Assembly (NCBI RefSeq): GCF_001194135.2
Contig: NC_068997.1
Coordinates: 29,627,322-29,691,321 of the forward strand
Length of the DNA: 64,000 nucleotides
Direction of reading: 5' to 3'
Origin: Octopus bimaculoides
Lineage: Eukaryota
Shown one piece after another: positions 51,560 to 64,000 of this stretch. The notes beneath the pieces are model-generated. The model worked only from the letters and a program-made list of their open reading frames with translations. It had not been told where the DNA came from and did not search any database. The first letter of the stretch is position 1. Every line of letters begins with the position of its first letter. The translations under genes were made by a program, and so were the position numbers.

Positions 51560-52164
51560 TAGAAGGCCCAGTAGTAGAAGACACTTGCCCAAGGTACTGC
51601 ACAGGGCGACTGATCCTGAGGTAACATAGATGGGAAACCAGCTTCACCTATGTTTGCCCTTTCAGTATTTACATAATGAAAAGGCTTTGATCACTATTTG
51701 ATGTGATTTTGAAACAATTTAATTTGCATTATCATTGAAATTTTCATAACTTTCAGTTTATCATTAAAGTTAAAAATGTTAAATTTTGATGTCAATTTAA
51801 AAATGCATGGAATTTTCTTTTACTTCTATGATTAACTTTAAAGGATATATAAGGTTTGATTCCCTGGTTCAATTTTTATATTATGTAATATGATCTTGAA
51901 ATTCTTAACAACATCTAATTAAGTTTTCATTAAGCTGTTCGACATAACAAGTAGTTAAATCACAATCAGGATAATTACAAACTAATGGCTTCATTTTTGA
52001 TAAAATAACTAACCTTAGTGAAACAAATCAGAAGGCATCGGCTGGCAATGAAAGCATGCATGAGATTAAATGCTTGTTAGTATTTAGTATTATATTAAAG
52101 TGCTTCATTTGTGAGATTCAGCAAAGGCTCAGTTGAAGTGTTGGACTATTATTTATTTACTAAT

Positions 52165-52505
52165 CTTTTATTTTTCAGTCATTAGACTGTGGCCATGCTG
52201 GGGCACTGTCTTTGAAAAATTTTAGTCAAACAAATTGGCCTCAATGCTTACTTTTTAAAGTCTGATACTTATTCTATCAGTCTCTTTTGTTGAACTTCTA
52301 AGATATGGGGACATAAACACACTAACACCAGTTGTCAAGTGCTGGGGTGGAGGAGACACACTTGCATCTATGCAAATGTGTGCGTGATGGATTTCTTTCA
52401 GTTTCTATCTACCAAATCCACTCACAAAGCTATAGTAGAAGACACTTGCAGTGGGACTGAACTTGGAACCATGTGGTTGGGAAGTAAACTTCTCACTATA
52501 CAGTC
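52165..52505 (-). mobile_element. SINE family A copy
   Basis: Tail-to-head similarity with other copies, small internal deletions. Confidence 0.78.
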
Positions 52506-54779
52506 ATGTCTCTAAACTTTTTAATAGTCATCCAATCCTGTTAAATAAAATGATAAAAATGTCAATCTAGGAATCTGGTTCATTTACAAGTAAAGAAATT
52601 ACTCCGCCCTCATTTTCTTTACTTGTTCAGATGCTTAGTCAGTCTTGTAAGATATCAAATATACACTTCACCATTTGAAATGGTCCAGAACTTGGCATGA
52701 ACAATACGCTATCTCTCACATCCTGCTACAAAAGAAATAGATGGAATTTGTGAATATTTATTATCTTGAAAAATTATTTACAGTAAACAACTCAAAGGTG
52801 TGTGTTATTGGTTTGTTTTTAAGTTCTTCTCTAATCTGTTATTGATGCCAATTTTTCATTTATCAGCTTTTAAATTATTGCTTTTAATGAAGCTTATTTC
52901 AATTATTACTGAAAATTGTATTGAATCTAAAAGCGAATCTGCTTTCAATGTTTAGTTTACAGTTGATGTTACAAAAATCCCTGTTCATATGTTGTTAATT
53001 ATCTCAGAATTAAATACTTAATCAAACTGTTATTTTACTACATATGCATTTCGGAATTAAATCGAATTACAAAACACTGACAAAATTGGAGAAAATTCCA
53101 TAAATACTGTCTGTAATTCTATATTGACTTGAATGGGAAAATTTGTTGCTCAAGAAGGACTTCAGTTTGAACAATTTTCATGTTTCATATTTAGATGCTT
53201 TTTATTAAATTCATTCAGTTGTTAAACAGATAAAGCTTGGAATTAAATGGTTTCGATTTACTGTTAGGTAACTTTTGGCCAGCGTTGTATATATGTGTGT
53301 GTGTTTATGAATGTGATGCTTTTTGGATATAGTTGACATCATTGTAATTAAGTTAAGGAAATAGTCTTGTTAATGTGTTGAATCTTTTCAGAAGGGCTTT
53401 TAAAGTTTGTGTGTGTGAGAGAGAGAGTTATGAGTTATATATAGTTTAAACTGAATTGTTTTTGGTTGCTTTTGTAGCTATATGTACTCAATAATTGTAT
53501 TTAATTTCAAGTTGAATTTCAACAGCTCTAGATGGATGGGTAATCACAGCCTTTCAATGGTTCCAATTCAGTTATTTTGTCTGTAGGGGTATTATAAACG
53601 TTGATCACACAGGCTGTCTTGGTTCCCCACTACAACTAATGCATACCCCCCTTCCTTTTTTTTTCATCTTGTACATTCCGTTCACATTTGCCTGTATTAA
53701 TCCTCTTTTGTGCTTGTTTCATTTGTCAACTTTCACTGGTTGGCTTTAAAGACCATATGCATTCCAGTCTGGCTTGCTTCTCTCTGTATTGTCCAAAATT
53801 TTAATCTTAACTGTTCTTAATGGAATTATTTCTTCTGTTTTTAAATTCTGAATATTCCTAAGAGGTTTTGTGTTCTCATTACTTAATCTTGGTTGACAGA
53901 AGAAGTTTTTGGACTTGGTATGGATGACATGTGTGAAACCCTATTCTGTCTGTATTTAATATACAGAATGCTCCTCTGGGGCTATTCTCCTTCAAATATA
54001 TTATTGTTTACATTGTACTTTGCTATAGATCTTAAATAAGGCAATTCTTTCGCAGTTCAGTCTTTATGTCAAACATCTGTAAATATTAATTGCATGAATA
54101 TCCACACACACGCAAGTAACAAAAAAAAAAAAAAAACTTGTTTGAAGTTGAATTTGAAATGTCAGGAATTTGAAGAATCTGTTGCCAGTTGATTATTGTC
54201 ATGCTGGCAGTGTGTGATTGGCTGGAATGTATTTTTAGATGGTAGTAAAAGTAGTAATATTTTAAATTAGTTTGCATAATAAAAGGCCTTTCTATAGAAT
54301 GTGCTAAGGTTAGCCTTTCCAATGAAACTGCAGCAGAGACGGTGAAGGTGGAGAGTTCCTCAATTACTAAAAATACATTGGAAAATTGATGCTTATTGGT
54401 TACGAAAGATACAGTTGTGGTTTATACTTGTTTGTCTTTGCATCAGCAAGTGCCTCAGTAGATAATCAATTTAATCAATTGTAATAAATTATAGATTATA
54501 TAATCAGATAATTTAAGTTCATACTAAAATTTGGTCTTGAAATCTAAAAATATTCACCTGTCTATTGAAATAAACATTGATTTCAGAGAGCTGATAGCAA
54601 AGGAAAATAGATCAATCTTGGACTTTGGAAAATTCTATGTAGTTTGCTCAGGTTGCCTGTTATAATTACCAAATCTTGCTCAACAAACTATTGTCATCAA
54701 AATTGATCTTATTTTAAGACCTGAACTTCAAGTGTTCAGGTGGTTTGTTATTTGGATTGCATTTTGAAAGTTTATAAGG

Positions 54780-55390
54780 TGCATCTCAGATTTGGATGGC
54801 CCTTTCATGAACCATCATCTCATTATTAATAATGCAAACTCTGACATTGTGTTTAAAAGATGTAGATTGACTTTATGGGATATCTTTTCTGGAAAAAAAA
54901 AAAAAGAAGAGCACCATATAAGCTGTCAAAAACAATAATTGGCCCATAGGTTCTGTTACCTAGGTTACTGAAACAGCTGTGTAGGTGGATGTTGTGAAAG
55001 CATAGCCAGTCAGGACAGGTTGGGAAAGGTTCAACATGCTATTGTTACCCCTTTTTGATAATAAAGGGATTTCCAAGTGTATAAAGCTTGTGTATAAAAT
55101 GCAATGTTGCATAGTAAATAAACCTGAACAAGGAATGTGGAGAATGTGGGAAGACTGTAAAGGCAGAAAGTGAGCATAGTTCAGTAGATGTGTAATGTGA
55201 GCAGTGATTGTGAATGATAAAAGAGGTGAGATAAGGGAGGAAGAAGAATGGGTGGAACCAGCTGTGCTGGTGTTGTCATGTGCTGCGTATGAAAAATGAC
55301 AGATGAATATGCAGATGTAGGATGAAATGGTGATGATTGATATCAGGATGATGAGGGCTGGATACTGTGCTGAGGAACGATCGAATCTAC
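54780..55390 (-). mobile_element. Possible very old Penelope-like remnant
   Basis: Pyrimidine-rich minus-strand ORF with weak resemblance to the PLE C-terminus (GNPFIIK, SQPV). Weak. Confidence 0.2.
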
Positions 55391-55572
55391 ACAAGCAGAG
55401 AAAGAAAAAAAAAACTCATTTTACAATAGCTTTGAATCTGAACCGACATACTGTATCCAGAATGCTTACCTATATATTCAAAGCATTTGACCTGTGGATT
55501 AAAATGAATTAAGGCATTTAACATATTGATTTCTAATTTAAGATCTTTCTATGCTTGTATGATTTGAAATAA

Positions 55573-55620
<48 letters not shown>

Positions 55621-57592
55621 CATACAAAACACTTAATTTCTGATCATTATTTTGCCAGACATCTGAGAAATGGTGTGGAATTCAGTGTGATGGTAGGATT
55701 ATTTGTGGCCAAGTGTTAGGTTGAATGAAACGGCAATTATAAAACTTTGGCAGTTCTTAGAAAATTACTATTTTAAAATCTCACGTGAGATATTCAGCAA
55801 CAGTACTTTGGAGTAAAGATTGTTTGCCAACATAACATGGCAGTCCTGGTTTAGGACTAATGTTGCTGTAATTTAGCCCCAGGAGACATTGTCTCCAGCT
55901 GGCTATATGACACGATCTGTGTCCTTATATTTTCGAACAAGGGAATCTAGTAACATTCTCAATTTTAGATTCTTAGAGATCATTCACTTTATTGTGAATT
56001 GAAGTTAGTATAAACTGCTTCTCAGTCTTGCTGTGACTTCAATTTACCCTTTTTTTTTTTTTTTGGTTGGAACTTACTGTTTAAGGAAATTTTTGCATGC
56101 ACACACATCAGGCCATATATAAACTTCTTCACACTATTACTTGATAAAGTGTACTTAGAATATGTTGTCTGAACTATGTAGAAGCTTCAGTATATTAAAT
56201 TGTAATTTGTGTCATGCTCTTAATAGACACAATTATATTCAGTGTACCTTATTAGGATAATGAAGACAAAATTAATTTCGAAAATTTCAAAAGATTTTTG
56301 TAGCTGCTCATCAAGTGGATGAATAATGTTATATGGAGATTTAAAGTCAGTGATTGTATCTTTTGCTACTCTATATATAGAGTAATTGCTGATGAAAAGC
56401 TGCTGACTAATGATTCAACATACGGCTTCATTGACGAGTCTCTTAGGTCATCTGGTCTAACCACATACGGCAATGTTTTTAAGAAACCACATAAACAACA
56501 ATACCGTTTATTCACTGGATGTTTATAAAATGTGATTCAGAATTTTTCTGAAATCTCTCTAGAAATACGTTTCACTGATTCAGAACATTTCTTAGGCATG
56601 GCCTTGTGATTAAGAAGCAGCTCACTTTACAACCACTTGGTTTTGAGTTCAGTCCCACTATGTGGCTCTTTTGGGGACAGGTTTCTGCTGCTATAACCCT
56701 ATGCTGAATAATGCCTTTTGAGTGAGTTTAGTTTTCTAGACAAAAACTGTGTAGAAGCCTGTCATATATATTCCTTTCTTTCGTTCTTGTTTGTCATTTG
56801 ATTGTGGCCATGCTGGAGCACTGCATTTAATCAAGCAAATCAACCCGACTGGAGGACTTAGTCTTTGTAAGCCTGGTACTTATCCTATCAGTCTCTTTTG
56901 CTGAACTGCTAAGTTAAGGGGACATAAACACACCAACATTGGTTGTCAGGCAATGGCGATGAGGGGGGGGGCACAAACACAGTCACACAAACATATACAT
57001 ACACTTTAATTTGTTTGTCATTTCTGGCCAAACAGAAAGATAAAGAGAGAGAGAGAGAGAGAGAGAGAGATTGAAAGGTATCAGTTCTTTGAAAATTTTG
57101 GCACTTTAGTTCTAGTCACACCATCATCATCACTATCATCACCATAAAGTGTGAAAGTAGACAAAAACACCCACGCTTATAAATGAGATGGTGTTTCACT
57201 TATGTTTTNNNNNNNNNNNNNNNNNNNNNNNNNNNNNNNNNNNNNNNNNNNNNNNNNNNNNNNNNNNNNNNNNNNNNNNNNNNNNNNNNNNNNNNNNNNN
57301 NNNNNNNNNNNNNNNNNNNNNNNNNNNNNNNNNNNNNNNNNNNNNNNNNNNNNNNNNNNNNNNNNNNNNNNNNNNNNNNNNNNNNNNNNNNNNNNNNNNN
57401 NNNNNNNNNNNNNNNNNNNNNNNNNNNNNNNNNNNNNNNNNNNNNNNNNNNNNNNNNNNNNNNNNNNNNNNNNNNNNNNNNNNNNNNNNNNNNNNNNNNN
57501 NNNNNNNNNNNNNNNNNNNNNNNNNNNNNNNNNNNNNNNNNNNNNNNNNNNNNNNNNNNNNNNNNNNNNNNNNNNNNNNNNNNNTTCATTAA

Positions 57593-57801
57593 CCCTTTCG
57601 TTACTGTATTTATTTTGAGATGCTCTGTGTTTCATTTACTTTTAAATATAACAAAGAATTTAGTAAAATAACTTATTAAGCTAGTGTTAGGAACATAAAT
57701 TGCGACTAAGGTTTGGTGGAAGATTTTAATTAGAACTTATGAAAACAAGACACTTGTACTCAGAGCCAGAGCAGGTTTCAGCCAGGTTGGTAACGGAAGG
57801 G
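57593..57801. mobile_element. piggyBac-like MITE
   Basis: TTAA-CCCTTTCGTTAC ... GTAACGGAAGGG-TTCA. Related copies near 4703-4810 and 5464-5690. Confidence 0.75.
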
Positions 57802-58626
57802 TTCATGAGCTCTTGTATATATTTTTTACATTTAAGTATTTAGCTGTGATATTGAAATGTGTTAAGCTATTTTGTGCAATATTTAGATATGAGATGCTCT
57901 AATTCTTAATTGTGAGAAAATACTCTCAAATCTTAGAATACATTTTTAATAGTAACTCAAAAGTAGAAAGTGATTTACAATATTGTCATTTGTGATATTT
58001 TTTTTTGTTGATAATTAGGAGATTGTTACCTACAGATGGTAAAAGTTGTTTTAGTTTTCCTTGGTGAATCTACGCCAATGAAGACTTAATCAAAATTAGC
58101 GCAGCTCTCTATGTTAGGGCTTACGGATTCATTCAGCCCTTGCCAACATAGAAAAAAAAACAGCTTGGGGAGTCATAAAGGTAGTGATGAATATGGTAAA
58201 ATCAATTTATTGATGTTTAATGTAAATCTGGAGAATGTTTGATGTAGTTGTTTTCATTACTACAACCTGTTTTGATAACGATTGTTTTGAACTCATTGAC
58301 ATCAGTCTATTAAAATTATCAAAGGCACAGACACTTGTAACATTTCTGTTATTTTCATTTCAAAGAATGGTTTGCTACTAAAGAGTAAGTTTCGTTTTGG
58401 TTTGCAAATTTCTCGTTTCGATCTAGTGTAGCTTCAGTTTCTTAGCTGCTGCAATGCAAAGTATTTTGGCAGCAAGAATCTTCCACACTATGATAAATTG
58501 TTTAACTGCCACCTAAACCCTTGTATCATTAATTCTTGATTGATTTTCTTATACTTGGTTTCCTTCCATTTGCATTTACCATATTTGGCAAATGAGGAAT
58601 GCCGTTCCTTTTATTCTTGCTTTGCG

Positions 58627-58678
<52 letters not shown>

Positions 58679-60099
58679 GTAAATGTTACAAATGTTGAGT
58701 AAAATCAGCATAAAAATGTTGTTTATGCTAAAGCTAGAGTAACCAATTTGTCTTGTTTTTAGGTTTTCCATTAACTCTTTTGCATTCAGATTAATCTGAA
58801 TGCAGTGCTTGTCTATTCACATTGCTTTGAATTAATTGTGCATTATCTCACAGATTTTAATGTTGTAATTGTTATTTTTAGAATGACATTGTAAGGTATG
58901 CACAAGTGGCTGGATCTGATTTGTCTAAAAGCCAAAGGGTTAAGGAAAAAAGAACGAAACTTTGCTTGTTCACAGTTATGTATTTTTGGAAGAGTTGTTA
59001 TACTGTAAGAATGCATTATGTGCATGTTATTTCAGCAATAAGCATAAGGATAAATCTAGTGTGCAATTGGGGGCATGCAAGGACACTGTTCTCAGTCATT
59101 CTCTATTTATTACAGAAAGGGCATAAAAGCGGAGTCTAAGAGTGGCTCTCTGTAGGAGTACCTCTGTGTTGATGACCTGGCTCTTAATCTGTAGTGGTTT
59201 GTGTGTGTGTGCTGTGCCCATACATTTGGGCCTCACACTCAAAATGTCTTTGCCATGACTACATCTGCTGTTGCCTCCTCTTTTACTCACTCACCCCACC
59301 ACTCTGTCTGTCTGTCTGTCTGTCTCTCCACTTGCCCAACTAAGGAAGGGCAGTACCTGATAAACCATACCAATGCTCTTTCTGCAATGTCCTTATATCA
59401 CTCCCTCTACCTTGACTCATTTGCCTTTGCATTTGTCTCACTCTTACCATCATCCATTTCTGCTGCTATCAATCACTCTTCCTTCTCACATTGTTTCCTC
59501 ATTAACTTACACATTTCACCTCCCCACATCCTGTCCTCATTCCCTTCTGTTCACCTTCACTTTCACTGAACGAACACCTCATGCAGTGGAATGTTAGGCA
59601 CTAGTGCCAGCACTATTATAAAATGCAACCCCAATGTATTCTATTGAGTGGTTGGTGAATTAGCAGGGTCAGTAAAGGTTTTTGAGAAAACTAAGTGTAG
59701 GTGCCATGTTAAAATACTCAGTACTCTTTCCAGTTTGTGATAGGAAGGGCATTTAGCCATAAAAATCAAGGTAAGATTAAAACATTTGAATGAGATGTGG
59801 TTTTCTATCTGGGAGAGCATTCACCTCAAATGAGAACTGACTCAGACAGTGGCAGCCCATCAAATCTATGCCAATAAGGAAAGCAAATATAAAAGTGTGT
59901 GTGTGTGTGTTAGTCTTTTTGAACTAAAGTTGTAAAGTATTTGTATTATATAGAAGTCAATATCTTCATCATTTTACACTTATTTATTGTTGTGTGCTTG
60001 TTTAGGTTGGATGTGCCCTATTCAGCAGAGTGTCTTAGCACTTATTGCAAATCTTTGAAGTTCAGCCTCATGGTATCAACTTTCACCACTTCTTTCCTC

Positions 60100-60403
60100 A
60101 ACTCTCCTAGTTTTCTGTTCTGACTGGTTCTTTCCACTTAGATTGAATGGACTTCTTTCTCTGATCCTCCATATGCATCACTTGCCCGTAAGCTTTTGCA
60201 CATTACATTTGACTTCCCATACACTGGGTTCTTCTCTCAGCTTATTTGTGCCACACTAACATTACACACCCAATGGAACATTACTACCTCTTTTTTCTCC
60301 TTCCAGTATTTGCATATTTTCTACTTTCAATGCCCATATTTTGTTGGCAAGCAACATTCCCCTTCATACACAATCATCATACAATCTGCTTTTCATTTGA
60401 GAG
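60100..60403 (-). mobile_element. Older inverted RTE fragment abutting the plus-strand copy
   Basis: Aligns by eye (about two-thirds identity) to the reverse complement of 60655-60930. Confidence 0.65.
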
Positions 60404-60405
60404 CT

Positions 60406-61770
60406 AAGACCAAAGTGGTTGTTAGTAAGAAAGAAGATAAAACTTTCTTTCCATCAGGTAAATGACCCTGCTCCATATGTAGGAAAGGAGTTGGAAGAAA
60501 TTCCATTTGCTGCACCCAGTGTAAACTATCGACACATAAGAGGTGCAGTGGAATCACAGGTAGATTAACAGATAGTCTTTGTATGTGGCAGATGTGCAGG
60601 AACAATAAGCACTAAGAGCACACGGGACTTAGATTCTCTCAAATGCTTAGGCGGCTCTCAGAATGAAAGGTAGACTGTATGATGCTTGTGTGTGAACGGC
60701 TATACTCCATGGTAGTATGACATGGGCTCTGAATGCTGAAGACATGCATAGACTGGAGAGAAATGAAGGTAGCATGCTCTGTTGGATGTGCAACATCAGT
60801 GCATATGCATGACAAAGTGTAAATGTATTGAGAGAAAAGTTGGGCATAAGAGGAATCAAATGTAGCATGCAAGAGAGAAGACTACGTTGGTTTGGACATG
60901 TGATGTGTATGAATAAAGAAGTGCCTGTCACTGAAAGTGGATGGTACCGATGGAGGGAGATCTAGGAAGACATGGGATGAAGTGGTAAGGGCTGATCTCG
61001 GGATGTTGGGCCTCATGGAGGAAATGACCATGGACCGAATAAAAAGAAAACTCTCACGCTCTATCACAACAAACCAAATTATGTCTCTGCATCCCTTCTT
61101 TTCCCTACATTTCTGCTTCATGTACTATGGTTACCTCCCCAATCTTGTCTTCTTGACCCAGTGCTCTCTGCTTGCCCCTGACCTGTGTATTCTACCCACA
61201 TGCTTTGTCCTACTCTGTTATTGCCATCTGCTAGCCCCCGACCTGGGTGTTCCACCCACACGTAACAAAACTTTTCCCTCACCCTACCCCAACAAACCAA
61301 TTTATATCTCTTTCTTGCATTTCTGTTTTCATTCCTGATCTTTCTCTCTCTGGCCAGGTAACCTTGTACTTCCTCTTCAGCAAGACACCTATATCTGTCT
61401 CACTATAACCTTTTCATCACCTCCTCCAATGCTTCCTTCCCCCTTAAAGTTTCTGTCTTGCATGTACTTGGTGACTCTGTCAGTGCAGGTGCCACTTAAA
61501 AGCACCCAGCCCACACTATAAAGTGGTTGGTGTTCAAAAGGGCATCCAGCTGTAAAAACCTTGCCAGAACTGACCTCATAGCCTGTGCTTGTGCCACATA
61601 AAAAGCATTAGGTCCACTCTGAGGAGTGGTTGGTGTTAGGAAGGGCATCCAGCTGTTAAAGTCCTGCCAAAACGGTCACAGAAGTCTGATGCAGGCTTCG
61701 GCCTGGCTGGCACTTGTGGTAGCCATCTCACCCATGCTAACATAGAACACGGATGTTAAATGATGATAAT
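60406..61770 (+). mobile_element. 5'-truncated RTE-X-like LINE
   Basis: KTKV...SGKxPCSICRKGVGRNSICCTQC...HKRCSG (PHD-like insert), QERRLRWFGHV, KTWDEVV, then the 3' UTR with family C tail. Confidence 0.85.
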
Positions 61771-63040
61771 GAATCCCTTTGTTACCAGCAAAAGTAATAG
61801 CTTCCTAAAATTTTCCTACCTATTCTTTCTCTGGCTTCTATGCTTACAGAGGACTCTCCTGATAATTTGTCATTTAGGCAAAAATTGTCGATTACTTGTA
61901 GGGAACTCTTCAAGCATTTGAAAGAATGTTATAGTTGATCTTAGTGCTGAGTGTTTCTGCTACATACAAAGTCCTTAGTGGACCCATGTCATGAAAACTG
62001 ATGATTGCTTTATTAATTATATAAAATGGCATTTTAGTGTAAAATGACAGGTGACATTATGGTTAAATTTCTTCAGTAAAGACTACACATGACTGAAACC
62101 AATAATTTAAACATGATGGTGCATGCCACTTGCTGAGATATGTCACAGTGGTATATAAGCACATAGACATTTGTGCTATCAAAAAATGACAGCATTTTAA
62201 ACATTTTCATTGATCTATTGAACAGTTTAACGATAGGAAAATTTAAAATTAAAAATGCTTCTATTTACAAAATTATCACTTACCTACAAATGAGAGATTT
62301 ATGCAATTATTATTCCAGAAATCCTTTTATCGCAATATTAATAGTAAACTGCAAATTCTATAAGAATTTCCATTTTTTAATTTCTTTTTTTAAAAATTTT
62401 AATATCATTATCAGTATGTTAATATTGCTCTAATTTCTCATGTTTCTTTAAGCACACATAAAGCTAACCTCTGACCCACTCTCTGATAAATTATGTCAGC
62501 TTTTCTTCCTCTTTCGTTTTGTTACTTATTTATTTACTGTTTGTCATTTGATACATTCCTACTTCTACATTGTTTCCTCACTGTGACCTGAAAATACACA
62601 GTACACATATGTTCAGTATCCACCACTCTGCAGATAGATGATAAAATTTGAAATTTTGTTTGTTCATTTAAATTGCTACCTTTTAAATCTAAATATATTC
62701 AGTTAAAATACAAAGGGTCTCTAAAAGAATTAGAAAATTGTTAAACCTTACTTTTCAATCTCAGAGTGGTAGATGTTAGCTGCTTTGTAAGTAGTAGTCA
62801 TATAGGTGCATCCACCATTTGCTGGTGATTCCCTACCTCCAACCTCTTTTAGTTGCCTTTTGCAACACAGAGGAAACTTTGGGTCTATTCTTTGACCTGT
62901 TGGACCCCTCCCCCCAACAGCACTAGAGTAATGTGAAATGAAGTGTTTTGCTCAAGAGCACAGAGGTTTTATTATTGTTTAATGTTATTTTTAAAATGTT
63001 CTATTTGTATATTCTGCGAACTAATAATTTACCCGATACA

Positions 63041-63390
63041 TTATTACCTCTGCCTTGGCGGAGGTATTGTTTTCAGTCATGTTTGTTTGTCCATGGACAA
63101 GATATCTCCAGAACCACTGGATGGATTCGGATGAAACTTTCAAGGATGTTTGGCCTTGTAACTGGCACGAACTGATTAGATTTTGGGATTGATCCAGTAC
63201 CAGACAAGGATTCTGGATTATATTTCCGTTTTTCTTTTTTACTTAATTTTTGAGAGTGGTAGGGTTCGTTATTAGTATTCTCGTTTGTGAGAGAAGAGTC
63301 TATTTCAGATATTCTTATTTTAAAAATCATCTCTGGCTAATCGTTGAGAGGACATTGGTGGAGGTTTGCACTCTCTTGTTTATATTTGTT
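63041..63390 (+). mobile_element. Helentron-associated (HINE/DINE-1-like) non-autonomous element
   Basis: 5' palindrome ACCTCTGCC TT GGCGGAGGT (63046-63065), GTTTGTTTGTCC block, 3' subterminal repeat TTGGTGGAGGT (63355-63365), T-rich ends. Confidence 0.6.
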
Positions 63391-64000
63391 TTAGATGGCA
63401 ACTTCATGTTTTCATCATTGACTGATTTGAAGGAGATTTGGCGACTATTTCTAGCAGTTTGAGTAGCAACATAAAGACACATTTGTGAATATGTGAGTGT
63501 GTATGTTAGTAATATTTGTGCCTGTCAATGAAAGTTAAAGAATTTCTTTTCACAATATTGTCCACAATAATGTAACATTTCACTGAAATTTTTTGACTGA
63601 AAAAACTTCCTTTATACATCAAGTGGTAAATAAGTTTCAGTGAATTGTCAATATTCACAGGAAGAAATATTTTCAGGACTTTTTAATTTTGCTATTGTTT
63701 TCACATCAAATATTTAAATGGAAATGTATTTATCTTCTGAACAGAAAGATTGAGTTGTATTTACTTAAGATTTTTAGTAAATCTGCCATCGTTTTCATTA
63801 CCTTTCTTCAGGTTTCTCCCTACCCACTTCTTTACAGTCTTTAGTAGAAAGTGGGTTATACATCTTTAGATTGTATACCTGACTTTCTACTATAAAATTA
63901 AAGAAATAGACGGAACGCTGAACTCCAGACTAAACAACTTAAACAACATTTATTTACTTGGTAAAACATACAAATCTTTAGTTATACATCTTTAGAGGTG

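Overview
Repeat-rich, AT-rich animal genomic DNA from a gapped draft assembly (7 N-gaps). The SINE/MITE and microsatellite landscape is consistent with a cephalopod, probably Octopus (inference). Two divergent protein-coding genes are supported. SMC5 lies on the minus strand: 8 coding exons, 14076 down to 1917, about 350 codons, phase-consistent GT-AG junctions, continuing off the left edge. Casein kinase II alpha lies on the plus strand: only the first coding exon is visible (36373-36467), followed by an intron of more than 27 kb. The rest is SINEs, MITEs (hAT, mariner/Tc1, piggyBac-like, Helentron-like) and decayed LINEs (RTE/RTE-X, CR1/L2-like, Hero-like, CRE-like, Penelope-like). The main discovery is three unrelated sequence families that carry type I hammerhead ribozyme motifs. 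(1) A 350-nt, hairpin-rich, retrozyme-like unit with a terminal direct repeat and an inverted end (30677-31222). (2) A tRNA-headed SINE with a hammerhead tail, present as a head-to-head palindromic dimer flanked by one 13-bp direct repeat (19230-19774). (3) An extended-stem hammerhead beside Penelope-like remnants in an SMC5 intron (1335-1398). No ribozyme activity can be shown from sequence alone.
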